NCBI GenBank assembly: GCA_017404385.1
Contig: JAFRCK010000022.1
Location: 10,674-74,673 of the forward strand
Source: Bacilli bacterium
Lineage (GTDB): Bacteria > Bacillota_I > Bacilli_A > RF39 > UBA660
Length of the DNA: 64,000 nucleotides
Direction of reading: 5' to 3'
Below are positions 19,095 through 29,753 of this stretch, piece by piece. Within the stretch, counting starts at the first letter, position 1; each line of letters opens with the position of its first letter. A program made the translations under genes and the position numbers. The notes beneath the pieces were generated by a model. It made no database searches. It saw only the letters and a list, made by a program, of their open reading frames with translations, and was not told the origin of the DNA.

Positions 19095-19712
19095 ATGGAT
19101 TATAGTAGTAAAAAATTAGAATTATGGCAAAAAGTAGGAATTGCTTGTTTATTGTTTGTAATAGCGGGAATAATAGGATGGGTTACTGAATTTATATTTT
19201 ATTTTTTTAATGGAGGAATGAAAGAATTATATTGGCAAGGAGGTAATTTTCTTCCTTGGATGAATATATATGCCATAGGTGCTTTTTTAATGTTTGGATT
19301 AACTTATAAATTTAGAAAGAGTCCTGTTTTAATATTCTTAGTATCACTTATAGTTGGTGGATTATTAGAATATTTGGCGGGTTTTCTATTATATAGGATA
19401 GCTGGATTAAGATTTTGGGATTATAATGTTGAAATACTTAATTTTGGTAATATAAATGGATATGTTTGTTTAAGAAGTTTATTATGCTTTGGATGCGCAG
19501 GTTTATTTTTAATGTATGTGTTAATGCCTTTTTTAATTAAATTATCGAAAAGTATTCCAAAAAAAGTATTCTTAACGATAAGCATTAGTTTATTTTCATT
19601 ATTTTTAATAGATGAGTTATATAATCTTTTCTTATATAAGATATTTAATTTACCTAATGCAATGGAAATATATGAGTCAAAAGGGTGTAAATACTATGAA
19701 TTTAATAAATGA
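19095..19712 (+). CDS. polytopic membrane protein (DUF1113/CmpB-like)
   Basis: Four or five TM helices. GWVTEFIFYF and LLEYLAG resemble the putative ABC-transporter type IV family. Weak call. Confidence 0.4.
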   Translation: MDYSSKKLELWQKVGIACLLFVIAGIIGWVTEFIFYFFNGGMKELYWQGGNFLPWMNIYAIGAFLMFGLTYKFRKSPVLIFLVSLIVGGLLEYLAGFLLYRIAGLRFWDYNVEILNFGNINGYVCLRSLLCFGCAGLFLMYVLMPFLIKLSKSIPKKVFLTISISLFSLFLIDELYNLFLYKIFNLPNAMEIYESKGCKYYEFNK

Positions 19713-19736
19713 GTGTGTTTTTAAACACTCTTTTTT
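19711..19736 (+). terminator. rho-independent terminator
   Basis: GAGTGT-N8-ACACTC followed by TTTTTT. Confidence 0.6.
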
Positions 19737-19766
19737 AATGTTATAATTATTGTAAAGGTGATAAAT

Positions 19767-21422
19767 ATGAATAAAAGTAGAAATATACTAATAATAGTAT
19801 TATCTGTTTTTGTTATCGGAGTAGTAGGTTTATTAATATTTAATTATTTTTATAAACAAAGTCATGATTTTGTTTATGTAATAAATGTAAGTAATTTAAC
19901 GTATTCTAATAAAAAGATGAAAACATATTCACAAAGTGATTTTGATACTTTTTTAAGTGATTATAAATCTAAAACTTTACCTGAAGTATATGTAACAGAA
20001 TTTTTATTTGATGGTGTGTCTATGTATAAACCATTAGATTATGATGATTTTGTTAAAGAAGGTAATAATTTAAAAGTAGAACCCTTAAAAATAACAAATA
20101 TTAATATTAATACAACAAAGAAATTAGAATTTACGGGTAATTTAAAAGGTGGAATGGTTAGTATAAATACTAATCATTTAGATGCCGACTTAAATATAAC
20201 ATTAAATGATTTAAAAATAGATACAGATTCTAAAAAAGTACCAGTAGTATATGCTTATAATAAAGATATAACTTATACTGATCATAAAGTAACTATAAGC
20301 ACTAAAAAGAATACTCATAATTATTTAGATGGAGGTAAATTAAAAAAAATAAGTTTAATACCTTCAGAAGATTTAAATAACTATAGTGATAATTATTCGG
20401 CAAATATTAGCTATAGTAACTATACTAATTACTATGGAGTTTATTCTAGTTCTGATATAGATAATATTTTATTTGCCAAAGTTAAAGCAAATGAAGAAGA
20501 TCTTAAAGATGGAGATCCATATTATTTTTATAAAGCATCAGGAGCGATTAGTTCAGATATTGATCTATATTTTGAAGGAGAAGGTTATTTAGAAGTAAAT
20601 AGCAAGAATGATGAAGGAATAGAAACTAAGGGGAATCTTACTTTTAGTGGAGCATCAGGGGATTATGTAGTTAATGCGTATGATGATTGTTTAAATACTA
20701 CAACAGATAAAAGTGATAATGAAAATGCTAGAAATACTATAACTATAAATGTTAATAGTTTAACAGCTATAGTTTCTTTAGATGCTAAAGAGGGGGATGC
20801 GATTGATTCAAATGGAGAATTAATATTAAACGGAGGAAAAATAATTGCAATATCATTCCCAGGTTCTGATTCAGGTTTAGATTCAGAAGATGGAATCTAT
20901 ATAAACGCAGGAGCAGTTATTTCTACAGGAGATATGTTAGATAGCATTAGTCCTAATAGTAAACAAAAGTTTATAGCTCTATCATTCTCAGTAAAACCAG
21001 AAGAAAATGATATTGTAACATTATTAAATAAAGATAATAAAAATGTATTTGCATTTAAAACAGATAGATCATATTCTAATTTAATATATAGTAGTGGTAA
21101 TTTGGATATAGGAAATTATACTTTATATAAAAACGGAGAAATTGATGGAGAAGAAACAAATGGTTTCTATACAAAAATAAATAGTTATAATTTAGGCGTA
21201 CAATTAGCATACTCATCTCTTGGTGATAAAAATGGTGGTATGCCTGAAGATAGAAATGGTAATCCACCAGAAAAACCAGAAGGTGAACCACCAGAAAAGC
21301 CTGATGATAATGAAGATATATCCCGAGGTAACAATCAAAATATAATTGCAACAAATAAGACATTCACAATAACAGATTTATCTACATATTTTAATGGAAT
21401 TGCACCTTATGCAGAATTGTAA
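19767..21422 (+). CDS. membrane-anchored extracellular protein, beta-helix/carbohydrate-binding-like
   Basis: N-terminal anchor helix. Repeated G-x-L-x-hydrophobic segments (AIDSNGELILNGGKI, SGLDSEDGIYINAGAV) reminiscent of the Cthe_2159-type family. Pro/Glu-rich PPEKPEGEPPEKP near the C-terminus. Confidence 0.4.
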   Translation: MNKSRNILIIVLSVFVIGVVGLLIFNYFYKQSHDFVYVINVSNLTYSNKKMKTYSQSDFDTFLSDYKSKTLPEVYVTEFLFDGVSMYKPLDYDDFVKEGNNLKVEPLKITNININTTKKLEFTGNLKGGMVSINTNHLDADLNITLNDLKIDTDSKKVPVVYAYNKDITYTDHKVTISTKKNTHNYLDGGKLKKISLIPSEDLNNYSDNYSANISYSNYTNYYGVYSSSDIDNILFAKVKANEEDLKDGDPYYFYKASGAISSDIDLYFEGEGYLEVNSKNDEGIETKGNLTFSGASGDYVVNAYDDCLNTTTDKSDNENARNTITINVNSLTAIVSLDAKEGDAIDSNGELILNGGKIIAISFPGSDSGLDSEDGIYINAGAVISTGDMLDSISPNSKQKFIALSFSVKPEENDIVTLLNKDNKNVFAFKTDRSYSNLIYSSGNLDIGNYTLYKNGEIDGEETNGFYTKINSYNLGVQLAYSSLGDKNGGMPEDRNGNPPEKPEGEPPEKPDDNEDISRGNNQNIIATNKTFTITDLSTYFNGIAPYAEL

Positions 21423-21423
21423 A

Positions 21424-21446
21424 AACAAGCTTAGCTTGTTTTTTTA
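21424..21446 (+). terminator. rho-independent terminator
   Basis: AACAAGC-TTA-GCTTGTT followed by a T-run. Confidence 0.7.
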
Positions 21447-21504
21447 GTTATATAAAATAGTTATAATTTTATTAATTTCATATCATAAATTGAGGGTGAT
21501 TAAA

Positions 21505-21804
21505 ATGAATATAACAATAAAAATATATAATAGTTTTTATAAAACAAATGTAAGAATATATAATTGCTTTAAAGAAAAAGTTTGTGATGAAATTATTGAT
21601 AATAAATTAGATATGTTTTTAGAAAAAGGAATATATAAAATAGTATTTAATTCTTGTGGGAATTTATTAATAAGTACCTTTTTGGTTGATAAAACTGATG
21701 TTTTCGTTTTTTCGTATAACAGTCTTAAAAATATAACTTTTATATTAACTGATTATTATTATGGTAATTTACCCATTGAATATGGGTTATTAACTTTTAA
21801 ATAA
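21505..21804 (+). CDS. hypothetical protein
   Basis: The ATG at 21505 follows GAGGGTGA. No motif recognised. Confidence 0.35.
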   Translation: MNITIKIYNSFYKTNVRIYNCFKEKVCDEIIDNKLDMFLEKGIYKIVFNSCGNLLISTFLVDKTDVFVFSYNSLKNITFILTDYYYGNLPIEYGLLTFK

Positions 21805-21902
21805 ATATGTTAAGTATTAATTTTACTTGTTTCAAAATAATAACTTATGTAGTATAATACATATGTAGATAACTTTTTATTGAGTTAGAAAGAGGTTGTA
21901 GT

Positions 21903-24251
21903 ATGGAAGAGAGAGGTTTAACATCAGCTGAAGTAGCTAAGATGGTTGAAAAAGGTAAAGTAAATGTAATTGAAAACAAAGCTAGTAAAACAGTTAAACA
22001 AATAATTATTTCAAATGTAGTTACATACTTTAACATGGTTTTTGCTTTTTTAACAGTTTTATTAATAGTAACTGGTTCATTTAAGAGTTTAACTTTTTTA
22101 CCAGTTGTTATAGCTAATACATTAATTGGTATATTTCAACAATTAAGAGCTAAAAAAGTTTTAGATGAATTAGCATTATTAGATATATCTGAATATACTG
22201 TAATGCGTGATGGTGAAGAAGTAAGATTAAAATCTAATGAATTAGTATTAGGTGACGTAATTAGACTTGAGAGTGGAGCACAGGTTCCAGCAGATGCTGA
22301 AGTAGTTTATGGTATGGCTGGGGTTAATGAATCATTACTTACTGGTGAAGCAGATGAAGTAGAGAAAAAAGTAGGGTCTGAATTAAAATCTGGTAGTTTT
22401 TTAACATCAGGTAATTTAATGGCTAAGTTAACTTATGTAGGTGAAGATTCTTATGCAGCAAAGTTAACTAAGAAAGCAAAAGAAGTTAAAGAAAAAAAAT
22501 CAGAGATGATTAAAGATATAGAAACTATTATTAAAGTTGCTAGTATTATCATTATACCAATAGGAATAGCATTATTTTATGAAGCACGTTATATAAATGG
22601 AACATCATTACAAAAATCAGTTACTCAAATGGTTAGCGCTGTAATAGGAATGATTCCAGAAGGATTATATTTATTAGTTACTATAGCTCTTGCTTTGAGT
22701 GCAGCAAGACTAGCTAGAAAGAAAGTATTATTACATGACATGAGAAGTATTGAAACTCTTGCTAGAGTAGATGTATTATGTGTTGATAAAACTGGAACAA
22801 TTACAACTGATGTCATGGAAGTTTATGAAGTATTTGGTGCTCATAAAGAAACAAATGAAGAAATAGCTGAAGCAAAAATATTATTATCTAAATATATAAT
22901 GACATTACCTGATAATAATATTACAATGCAAGCTATGAGAAATTTCTTTAGAGAAAGAGAAACAATGGAATATATTGAATTAAGACCATTTGATTCAAAA
23001 AAGAAGTATTCTGAAGTTATTACTAATGATTATATATATAAGTTAGGTGCACCTGAATATTTATTAAGTGCTAGAGATCAAAGTTTAAATAGCATTAATA
23101 TAGAAAATTATACTAACACAGGTAAGAGAGTTATTGCCTTTGTTAAAGAAGATAGAAATGGCAAAGTAACTCCAATATTATTTATTGCTTTACATAATGA
23201 GATAAGAGAAAATGCTAAAGCAACATTTAGTCAATTTGAAAGACAAGGTGTTAATATAAAAGTAATATCTGGTGATAATCCAATAACTGTTTCAAGAATA
23301 GCTAAATCTGCAGGGATAACTAATGCGGAACAATATGTAGATGCAACTATGCTAGATACTAAAGAAAAGATACTAGATGCTGTTACTAAATATACAGTAT
23401 TTGGTAGAGTTAAACCAGAACAAAAAAAATATTTAGTACAAGCTCTAAAGGCTAATGGACTTAAAGTAGCTATGACTGGTGATGGTGTTAATGATATACT
23501 TGCCATGAAAGAAGCTGACTGTTCAATAGCTATGGGTGGTGGTAGTGATGCTGCTAGACAAGCTGCTCAAGTAGTATTATTAGATTCAGATTTTTCACAC
23601 ATGAATGAAATTGTATCTGAAGGTAGAAGAGATATAAATAATATAACAAGATCTGCAATATTATTCTTATATAAGAATATATTCTCATTATTATTAGCGT
23701 TCTTCTCTATATATAACGCATTTGCTTATCCACTTGAACCTAACCAAGTATCATTAGTATCAATGTTTAATATAGGTATACCTGCATTTTTACTTGCACT
23801 AGAACCTAATGAAAAGAAACAAGAAGGTAGATTTATAAAGAGGACACTAATTAAATCTTTACCAGCTGCATTAACTTCATTCTTTACTATTGCAGCACTT
23901 GTTATGTTTGCACAATTATTTGAAATACCATCAATAGAAATAGGTACTGCTAGCACATATTTATTATCAGCTGTAGGATTCTTAATTCTATGGGATATAA
24001 TAAGACCAATGAATAAATATCGTTTTATGGTATTAGTAATTTGTGTACTAGGATTTATAGTAGGATGTAACTATTTCTATCATATATTTGATATAACTAA
24101 TATATCTGTTAAAGCAACTGCTTTATGTGCAGTATTTGCAATCGCAGAAATATCTGTTATGAGAAACTTAACATTTGTATTTGAAAAGATAAATAGTTAT
24201 AATGGTAATTTAAAAGAAAAAATACGAAATACAATAAGAAAAAGAAAATAA
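21903..24251 (+). CDS. cation-transporting P-type ATPase
   Basis: Phosphorylation site CVDKTGTITT, hinge MTGDGVNDILAMKEAD, TGEA actuator motif and multiple TM helices. Confidence 0.9.
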   Translation: MEERGLTSAEVAKMVEKGKVNVIENKASKTVKQIIISNVVTYFNMVFAFLTVLLIVTGSFKSLTFLPVVIANTLIGIFQQLRAKKVLDELALLDISEYTVMRDGEEVRLKSNELVLGDVIRLESGAQVPADAEVVYGMAGVNESLLTGEADEVEKKVGSELKSGSFLTSGNLMAKLTYVGEDSYAAKLTKKAKEVKEKKSEMIKDIETIIKVASIIIIPIGIALFYEARYINGTSLQKSVTQMVSAVIGMIPEGLYLLVTIALALSAARLARKKVLLHDMRSIETLARVDVLCVDKTGTITTDVMEVYEVFGAHKETNEEIAEAKILLSKYIMTLPDNNITMQAMRNFFRERETMEYIELRPFDSKKKYSEVITNDYIYKLGAPEYLLSARDQSLNSINIENYTNTGKRVIAFVKEDRNGKVTPILFIALHNEIRENAKATFSQFERQGVNIKVISGDNPITVSRIAKSAGITNAEQYVDATMLDTKEKILDAVTKYTVFGRVKPEQKKYLVQALKANGLKVAMTGDGVNDILAMKEADCSIAMGGGSDAARQAAQVVLLDSDFSHMNEIVSEGRRDINNITRSAILFLYKNIFSLLLAFFSIYNAFAYPLEPNQVSLVSMFNIGIPAFLLALEPNEKKQEGRFIKRTLIKSLPAALTSFFTIAALVMFAQLFEIPSIEIGTASTYLLSAVGFLILWDIIRPMNKYRFMVLVICVLGFIVGCNYFYHIFDITNISVKATALCAVFAIAEISVMRNLTFVFEKINSYNGNLKEKIRNTIRKRK

Positions 24252-24282
24252 TAATTCTTGTTTAAACAAGAATTATTTTTTT
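24251..24282 (+). terminator. rho-independent terminator
   Basis: Perfect palindrome ATAATTCTTGTTTAAACAAGAATTAT followed by a T-run. Confidence 0.75.
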
Positions 24283-24368
24283 ATTGGTTTAATGTTATGA
24301 GTTAAAAATATTTATTTGAATATTATAAATTGGAATGAATAATTCCAAATAAAAAAGGGGGGATTTAT

Positions 24369-24902
24369 ATGTCTAAGACGATTGTTATTACAAATGGTAC
24401 AGGTACTGGTAGTTTAATTAATGATACATATTCTGTTACAGCTGAAGTAACAGGCTATGATAATAGTTCTATTAATCCTAGTTCTGTTTCTATAGTTGAA
24501 GGTACAGATACATATTCATTTACTATAGGTTCTACTGGTACATTAACATTACATGTTACTGATGATGGTACATCAACTGGTAATCCAATAGTAGGAGCAA
24601 CTTTTATTAGAGCGGATAGTACTGGTAATGAATATGGAACAGTTATTACATCTGATTCAAATGGTGATGCTGTATTTAATAATGTTCCATTTGCTGAAAC
24701 TGGAGCTCCAGCAATATATTTTAAACAAACTGCATCAGATGGTGATCATGAGTTTGATTCATCACTGCAAAATACAACTATGACAACTGAAACAAGTACT
24801 ATACAAATAGAAAACGTTGTAGGAGCAACCAGAACAATTAATTTAACTGATGCTAACTATACTAATTTACCAATAGATGGTTCTTTAACTTTAACTAATT
24901 AA
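24369..24902 (+). CDS. Thr/Ser/Gly-rich beta-rich protein without signal peptide
   Basis: Strong RBS GGGGGGA. The segment TLHVTDDGTSTGNPIVGATFIRADSTGNEYGTVITSDSNGDAVFNNVPF resembles a prealbumin/CnaB-like fold unit. No export signal or anchor. Confidence 0.4.
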   Translation: MSKTIVITNGTGTGSLINDTYSVTAEVTGYDNSSINPSSVSIVEGTDTYSFTIGSTGTLTLHVTDDGTSTGNPIVGATFIRADSTGNEYGTVITSDSNGDAVFNNVPFAETGAPAIYFKQTASDGDHEFDSSLQNTTMTTETSTIQIENVVGATRTINLTDANYTNLPIDGSLTLTN

Positions 24903-24903
24903 T

Positions 24904-24932
24904 AAAAGACGCAAGTTTTATCTTGTGTCTTT
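24904..24932 (+). terminator. rho-independent terminator
   Basis: AAAGACGCAAG-TTTTA-TCTTGTGTCTTT, followed by a single further T. Confidence 0.65.
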
Positions 24933-25024
24933 TATCAGTAAACAAGGTATACAAATTGTATACTAACGATTGTAAAATGTGATATAATTTAGTAGAAAGG
25001 TCTAAATAAAAAATGTGTGCTGAT

Positions 25025-25516
25025 ATGAAAATTAAAGTTTTAATAATTTGTTTTTGTGTTATAATAATTGGGGTATTAATTGGATTATTATTAATGAGTA
25101 AAAGTGGAGAAGATATTAAGAAAATAAAAAGATTATATTTTACTTATTCAAAAGGTTATATGGTAAATAGTGGAGTCAAATATGAATTAGAAAATGATAA
25201 AAATGGGTGTAAAGTTACTATTAAACCATATGATGTACCTGATAAAGATGAAATCTCATTATATGTAAGTGATAATTACTCAAAGAAAGTAGAAGAAGTT
25301 TTAAATAAATATAGTGTTGTTAAATGGGATGGTTTTAAAGGTAATGATCCATATGTGTTAGATGGTGACTCATTTAGTATGACCCTTACTTTAGATGATG
25401 GCAGAGAAATAAATGCAAGTGGTTATATGGACTGGCCAGATAACTATATGAAAGTAAGAAATGAATTAGATGATATATTTATGGAAATATATAATGAAAC
25501 AGATAGGAGTAATTAA
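25025..25516 (+). CDS. membrane-anchored protein, unknown function
   Basis: ATG at 25025 (MKIKVLIICF). One N-terminal TM helix. Confidence 0.45.
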   Translation: MKIKVLIICFCVIIIGVLIGLLLMSKSGEDIKKIKRLYFTYSKGYMVNSGVKYELENDKNGCKVTIKPYDVPDKDEISLYVSDNYSKKVEEVLNKYSVVKWDGFKGNDPYVLDGDSFSMTLTLDDGREINASGYMDWPDNYMKVRNELDDIFMEIYNETDRSN

Positions 25517-26046
25517 TGGAAAAGGGTTCTTGGAAGAATGTAATTTTTTTAGATTTTGATGGAGTAATAAATACTTGCAAAGATAATTCTAAAGAAGCTA
25601 CAGAAAAAAGAATAAGGATACTTGGGGAAATGTGTAAAAGATATGACTGTAAAGTTGTAATAGAGGCATCAGTAAAATGTTTTATAGATGAAGAAACATT
25701 AGAAACAGATGTTAAATGGGTAAATGAAATATATAAATTATTTGAAAAATATGGAATAGATTGTATAGGTAGAACTCCAGAAGTAAGTAAAAAAATAAAT
25801 GAATTTTCTGAAATGCCAATTTGTAAAGAAGATGAAATATTATTATATTTATCTAGGCATCCAAGTATTGAAAACTATGTAGTTATAGATGATGATGACT
25901 TACCTAAACATTCTGATTTAGACAAAGTAAGAGATCATTTAGTTACGCCTCTAATGTATGCTAAAACTGCTGAAGAAGAAGGATTACAAGAATTTCATAT
26001 TGAAGAGGTAGGAAAAATATTAAAAAAACAAAAGAAAAAATTGTAG
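25516..26046 (+). CDS. HAD-like phosphatase-fold protein
   Basis: VIFLDFDGVINT motif I and a late VVIDDDD acidic motif. Confidence 0.5.
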   Translation: MEKGSWKNVIFLDFDGVINTCKDNSKEATEKRIRILGEMCKRYDCKVVIEASVKCFIDEETLETDVKWVNEIYKLFEKYGIDCIGRTPEVSKKINEFSEMPICKEDEILLYLSRHPSIENYVVIDDDDLPKHSDLDKVRDHLVTPLMYAKTAEEEGLQEFHIEEVGKILKKQKKKL

Positions 26047-26055
26047 GAGGTTTTT

Positions 26056-26484
26056 ATGGAAGAAAGAAAAAAAGAAAAATCATGTGGAATAATCGTCTTT
26101 GATGATCAAAAAAGAGTTCTTATGGTAAAACATAAGGAAGGTCACTATGGGTTTCCAAAAGGACATGTAGAACCAAATGAGACAGAAGAGGAGACTGCAT
26201 TAAGAGAGGTAAAAGAAGAAACAAATTGTGATGTTACAATAATTCCTGGTTTTAGAGAAGAAAACAAGTATAGTCCTAAAGAAAATGTTGATAAGACAGT
26301 TGTTTTCTTTGTAGGTAGACCTACATCATTTAGTATAAAGAATCAGGAGAGTGAAACTGATTTTGCTGGGTTTGTTTCTTTGAAAGAATCATATAATTTA
26401 TTAAAAGATTTTCAAGATGTAGTTGATATATTAGAAAAAGCAGAGAGATTTATAGAAAAGGAGAATAAAAATGATAGAGATTAA
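26056..26484 (+). CDS. Nudix hydrolase
   Basis: Nudix box GFPKGHVEPNETEEETALREVKEETN. Confidence 0.8.
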   Translation: MEERKKEKSCGIIVFDDQKRVLMVKHKEGHYGFPKGHVEPNETEEETALREVKEETNCDVTIIPGFREENKYSPKENVDKTVVFFVGRPTSFSIKNQESETDFAGFVSLKESYNLLKDFQDVVDILEKAERFIEKENKNDRD

Positions 26485-27175
26485 AAATGTTGTTAAAAAA
26501 TATGGAGATAAAGTAGCTTTAAAAAATATTAGTTTTAATGTTGAAGATGGAGAAATATTTGCTTTTATTGGACATAATGGAGCAGGTAAAACTACATTAA
26601 TTAAGTCAATTGTAGGTATTCATGATTTTGATGAAGGTGAAATATTAATTAATGGAAAATCTATTAAAGATGATACTGTTGAATGTAAAAAGGAAATTGC
26701 TTATGTACCTGATAATCCAGAATTATATGAAAATATGAAAGCAATTGATTATATAGATTTTATTTGTGATATGTATGAAATTACTCAAGAAAGAAGAAAA
26801 GAAAATATTAAGAAATATGCGAAGATATTTGAAATAGAAGATAAATTAAATGATACAATTAATTCATTTTCACATGGTATGAAACAAAAGATTGCTTTAA
26901 TATCAGCTTTAGCTCATGATCCTAAAGTATTAATAATGGATGAACCATTTGTAGGCCTTGATCCAAAAGCAGTATTTGATATGAAAGAAATAATGAATGA
27001 AATGACTAAAGAAGGTAGAATAGTATTTTTCTCTACGCATATACTAGATGTAGCTGAAAAATTATGTTCTAGAGTAGCTATTATTAAAAAAGGTGAATTA
27101 GTTAAAGTGGGAAGCATGAAACAAGTAAAAGGAGATAAGTCTTTAGAAAAGGTCTTCTTAGAATTGGAAAACTAA
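26471..27175 (+). CDS. ABC transporter ATP-binding protein
   Basis: Walker A GHNGAGKTT, signature FSHGMKQK and Walker B VLIMDEP. Confidence 0.85.
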   Translation: MIEIKNVVKKYGDKVALKNISFNVEDGEIFAFIGHNGAGKTTLIKSIVGIHDFDEGEILINGKSIKDDTVECKKEIAYVPDNPELYENMKAIDYIDFICDMYEITQERRKENIKKYAKIFEIEDKLNDTINSFSHGMKQKIALISALAHDPKVLIMDEPFVGLDPKAVFDMKEIMNEMTKEGRIVFFSTHILDVAEKLCSRVAIIKKGELVKVGSMKQVKGDKSLEKVFLELEN

Positions 27176-27176
27176 T

Positions 27177-28793
27177 ATGAAAAAGATATGGTCATTATTA
27201 AAAGCATGTCTATCTAATGACATGGAATTATTTGTATTAAATAATAAGAGTAAAGATGGAAAAAAGAAAAGTAAAGCTTTACCTATAGTTATTTATTGCT
27301 TCTTAGCTTTATGTATGTTTGCATATGCAAATATGTTTATTGACAATTTAAAACAAACACATTTAGAGTATGTTACATTATCATTATTTGTATTTTTATC
27401 TTTCATATTAACTATTATAGAAGGTATATATAAAACAGGTAATTTATTATTTAATTGTAAAGATGATGATTTATTATTATCTTTACCAATTAAAAAATCT
27501 ACAGTATTATTTGTTAGAATATTTAAATTCTATTTATTTGAATTATTGTTTAATTCAGTATTTATGATACCAGCTATAGCGGCTTATGCAGTTAATTGTG
27601 ATGTAGGGGCATCATTTTATGTAGTATCATTCTTTATGCTTATATTACTTCCAGTTATACCAGTCGTAATATCTTGTATAATAGGAGCTATCACATCAGG
27701 TTTAGCATCTAGATTTAAATATAAGAACTTAGTTCAAATAATTATTACATCAATAGTATTCTGTTTATTAATGTATGTATCATTTAATTTAAACGAAATA
27801 ATTAAAAATTTAGCTGAAAATGCTACTAGTTTAAATGATATTATAACTAAACTATATTATCCAGCTGGTGCATTTGTAAATATGGTTATAGATTTTAAAA
27901 TAATGGATTTACTAATATTTATTCCAATAAATATTGGTTTACTAGCTTTAATAGTATTTTTATTAAGTTTAGTTTATTTCAAAATTAATACTAGAGTAAA
28001 ATCTGTTAGTAGTAGAAAATCAAGTAATAAAGCGGCTGTTATTAAGTCTAATAGTCCAATGAAAGCATTAATTAAAAAAGAATTAAAAAGATTTACATCT
28101 TCACCAGTATTTATTACTAATGCTGGTATAGGATTAGTATTTTATTTAATATTATGTGTAAGTGTATGTATTAAATTTGATTTATTTGCTAGTATGTTTT
28201 CTAGTCAAGGAGTTAAGATTACAGAAGCAGATGCAGCTTTATATATACCACTTATAACATATGGTCTTATTTGTTTTGCATCATTCTTAACTTCCATTAC
28301 TAGTTCAATGATTTCGTTAGAAGGTAGATCATTTAATATATTAAAAAGTTTACCAATTGAAACATCAAAGATTCTTTTATCAAAAGTATTAACTGCGGTA
28401 TTAGTTATGATTCCTTGTATAATAATTGGAGTAATAATAATATTTATATTCTTTAATATATCAATAGTTCAATTATTAATACTATTAGTAGCTTCATTTG
28501 TACTACCTTTAATATCAGAATTAGTTGGTATAATAATGAATTTAAAATATCCAAAAATGGATGCTCAAACTGATGCTGAAGTAGTAAAACAAAGTACAAG
28601 TTCTACAATGTCAGTATTTATAGGAATGGCTTTATTAGGATTAAGTATATTTGGTTTAATATATTTAAAAGAACCACTTGGTTCTACACTTTGTTTATTA
28701 ACAATTTTAGGTATACATTGTTTAATACTATTTGGTTTATTAATATATATGAAGAAAAAAAGTGTTAATGAATTTAATGATATTAATGTGTAA
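27177..28793 (+). CDS. ABC exporter permease-like polytopic membrane protein
   Basis: About 12 hydrophobic helices. Starts 1 nt after the ATPase gene stop. Confidence 0.6.
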   Translation: MKKIWSLLKACLSNDMELFVLNNKSKDGKKKSKALPIVIYCFLALCMFAYANMFIDNLKQTHLEYVTLSLFVFLSFILTIIEGIYKTGNLLFNCKDDDLLLSLPIKKSTVLFVRIFKFYLFELLFNSVFMIPAIAAYAVNCDVGASFYVVSFFMLILLPVIPVVISCIIGAITSGLASRFKYKNLVQIIITSIVFCLLMYVSFNLNEIIKNLAENATSLNDIITKLYYPAGAFVNMVIDFKIMDLLIFIPINIGLLALIVFLLSLVYFKINTRVKSVSSRKSSNKAAVIKSNSPMKALIKKELKRFTSSPVFITNAGIGLVFYLILCVSVCIKFDLFASMFSSQGVKITEADAALYIPLITYGLICFASFLTSITSSMISLEGRSFNILKSLPIETSKILLSKVLTAVLVMIPCIIIGVIIIFIFFNISIVQLLILLVASFVLPLISELVGIIMNLKYPKMDAQTDAEVVKQSTSSTMSVFIGMALLGLSIFGLIYLKEPLGSTLCLLTILGIHCLILFGLLIYMKKKSVNEFNDINV

Positions 28794-28819
28794 AGTAGAT
28801 ATTTTTATCTACTTTTTTT
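28794..28819 (+). terminator. rho-independent terminator
   Basis: AGTAGAT-ATTTTT-ATCTACT followed by a T-run. Confidence 0.65.
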
Positions 28820-28847
28820 GTGTTATAATAGGTCTTGGTGATTTTTT

Positions 28848-29717
28848 ATGAGAAAATTTATAGTAAGTGACTTACATGGTAATGGCAAAATATATGATTC
28901 TATTATTTCTTATTTAGAAAATATTAATAAAACTGAAGAAGTTATTTTATATATAAATGGTGATTTATTTGATAGAGGCCCAGAATCAGCTAGACTTCTT
29001 TTAGATGTTAAAGATAGAATAGAAAATAAAAAAGGTTTTAAAATTGAATACTTAGGTGGTAATCATGAATTAATGATGTATCAAGCCTATTTAGAAAAAG
29101 AAAATGGTAAGTGGAGATTAGATTCAGATTGGTTCTATAATGGAGCTGAAACTACACTATATGGTTTAAAAGAATTGATGACTAAAGATGGTGAAAAAGA
29201 TATAATGAATTTTATTTCTAATTTAAAACTATACCATAAGTTTAATGAAAAATTAAATGATAAGCCTATAGTTTTAGTTCATGCAAAATGTCCTAAAATA
29301 GTTAAAGATGACTGTGATATGTTTATTAAAGATAATACTATTGATACTAGTTTAACAGTTTGGACTAGAAGAGAAGATTATTGGACTATGTTATTGAATA
29401 ATGTAGGTAATAAAGATTACTTTACAATTATAGGTCATACACCAGTAAACAATTATTTGGGTTATGAATATTATAGAAATGATAATACATTAAATATAGA
29501 TGGTGGATGTGCTAAATATGCTTGCGGATTAACTGAGTTTGACCATACACCATTAGTAGAAATTGATGAAAAAAATGATAGATTAATAATATTAACTTTC
29601 AATAACAATAATAAAATAATTAGTGGTAATTATTTTACAAATGGAATGAGTACAGAAATTAAATCAAAAGAACTAGACAATTATAGTAAAAAACTAAAAA
29701 AAATTCTAAAAGAATAA
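28848..29717 (+). CDS. metallophosphoesterase (PPP-family phosphatase-like)
   Basis: VSDLHGN, GDLFDRGP and GGNHE motifs. Confidence 0.75.
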   Translation: MRKFIVSDLHGNGKIYDSIISYLENINKTEEVILYINGDLFDRGPESARLLLDVKDRIENKKGFKIEYLGGNHELMMYQAYLEKENGKWRLDSDWFYNGAETTLYGLKELMTKDGEKDIMNFISNLKLYHKFNEKLNDKPIVLVHAKCPKIVKDDCDMFIKDNTIDTSLTVWTRREDYWTMLLNNVGNKDYFTIIGHTPVNNYLGYEYYRNDNTLNIDGGCAKYACGLTEFDHTPLVEIDEKNDRLIILTFNNNNKIISGNYFTNGMSTEIKSKELDNYSKKLKKILKE

Positions 29718-29753
29718 TATTAAAAATGATATAATAAACATAGGAGAATACAT

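Noticed and set aside
24290-24368. Possible small RNA or tRNA in the intergenic regions at 24.3 kb, 31.8 kb and 43.9 kb
   Set aside because: Only simple hairpins and promoter-like boxes were seen. No cloverleaf-compatible arms or conserved tRNA boxes could be recognised by eye.
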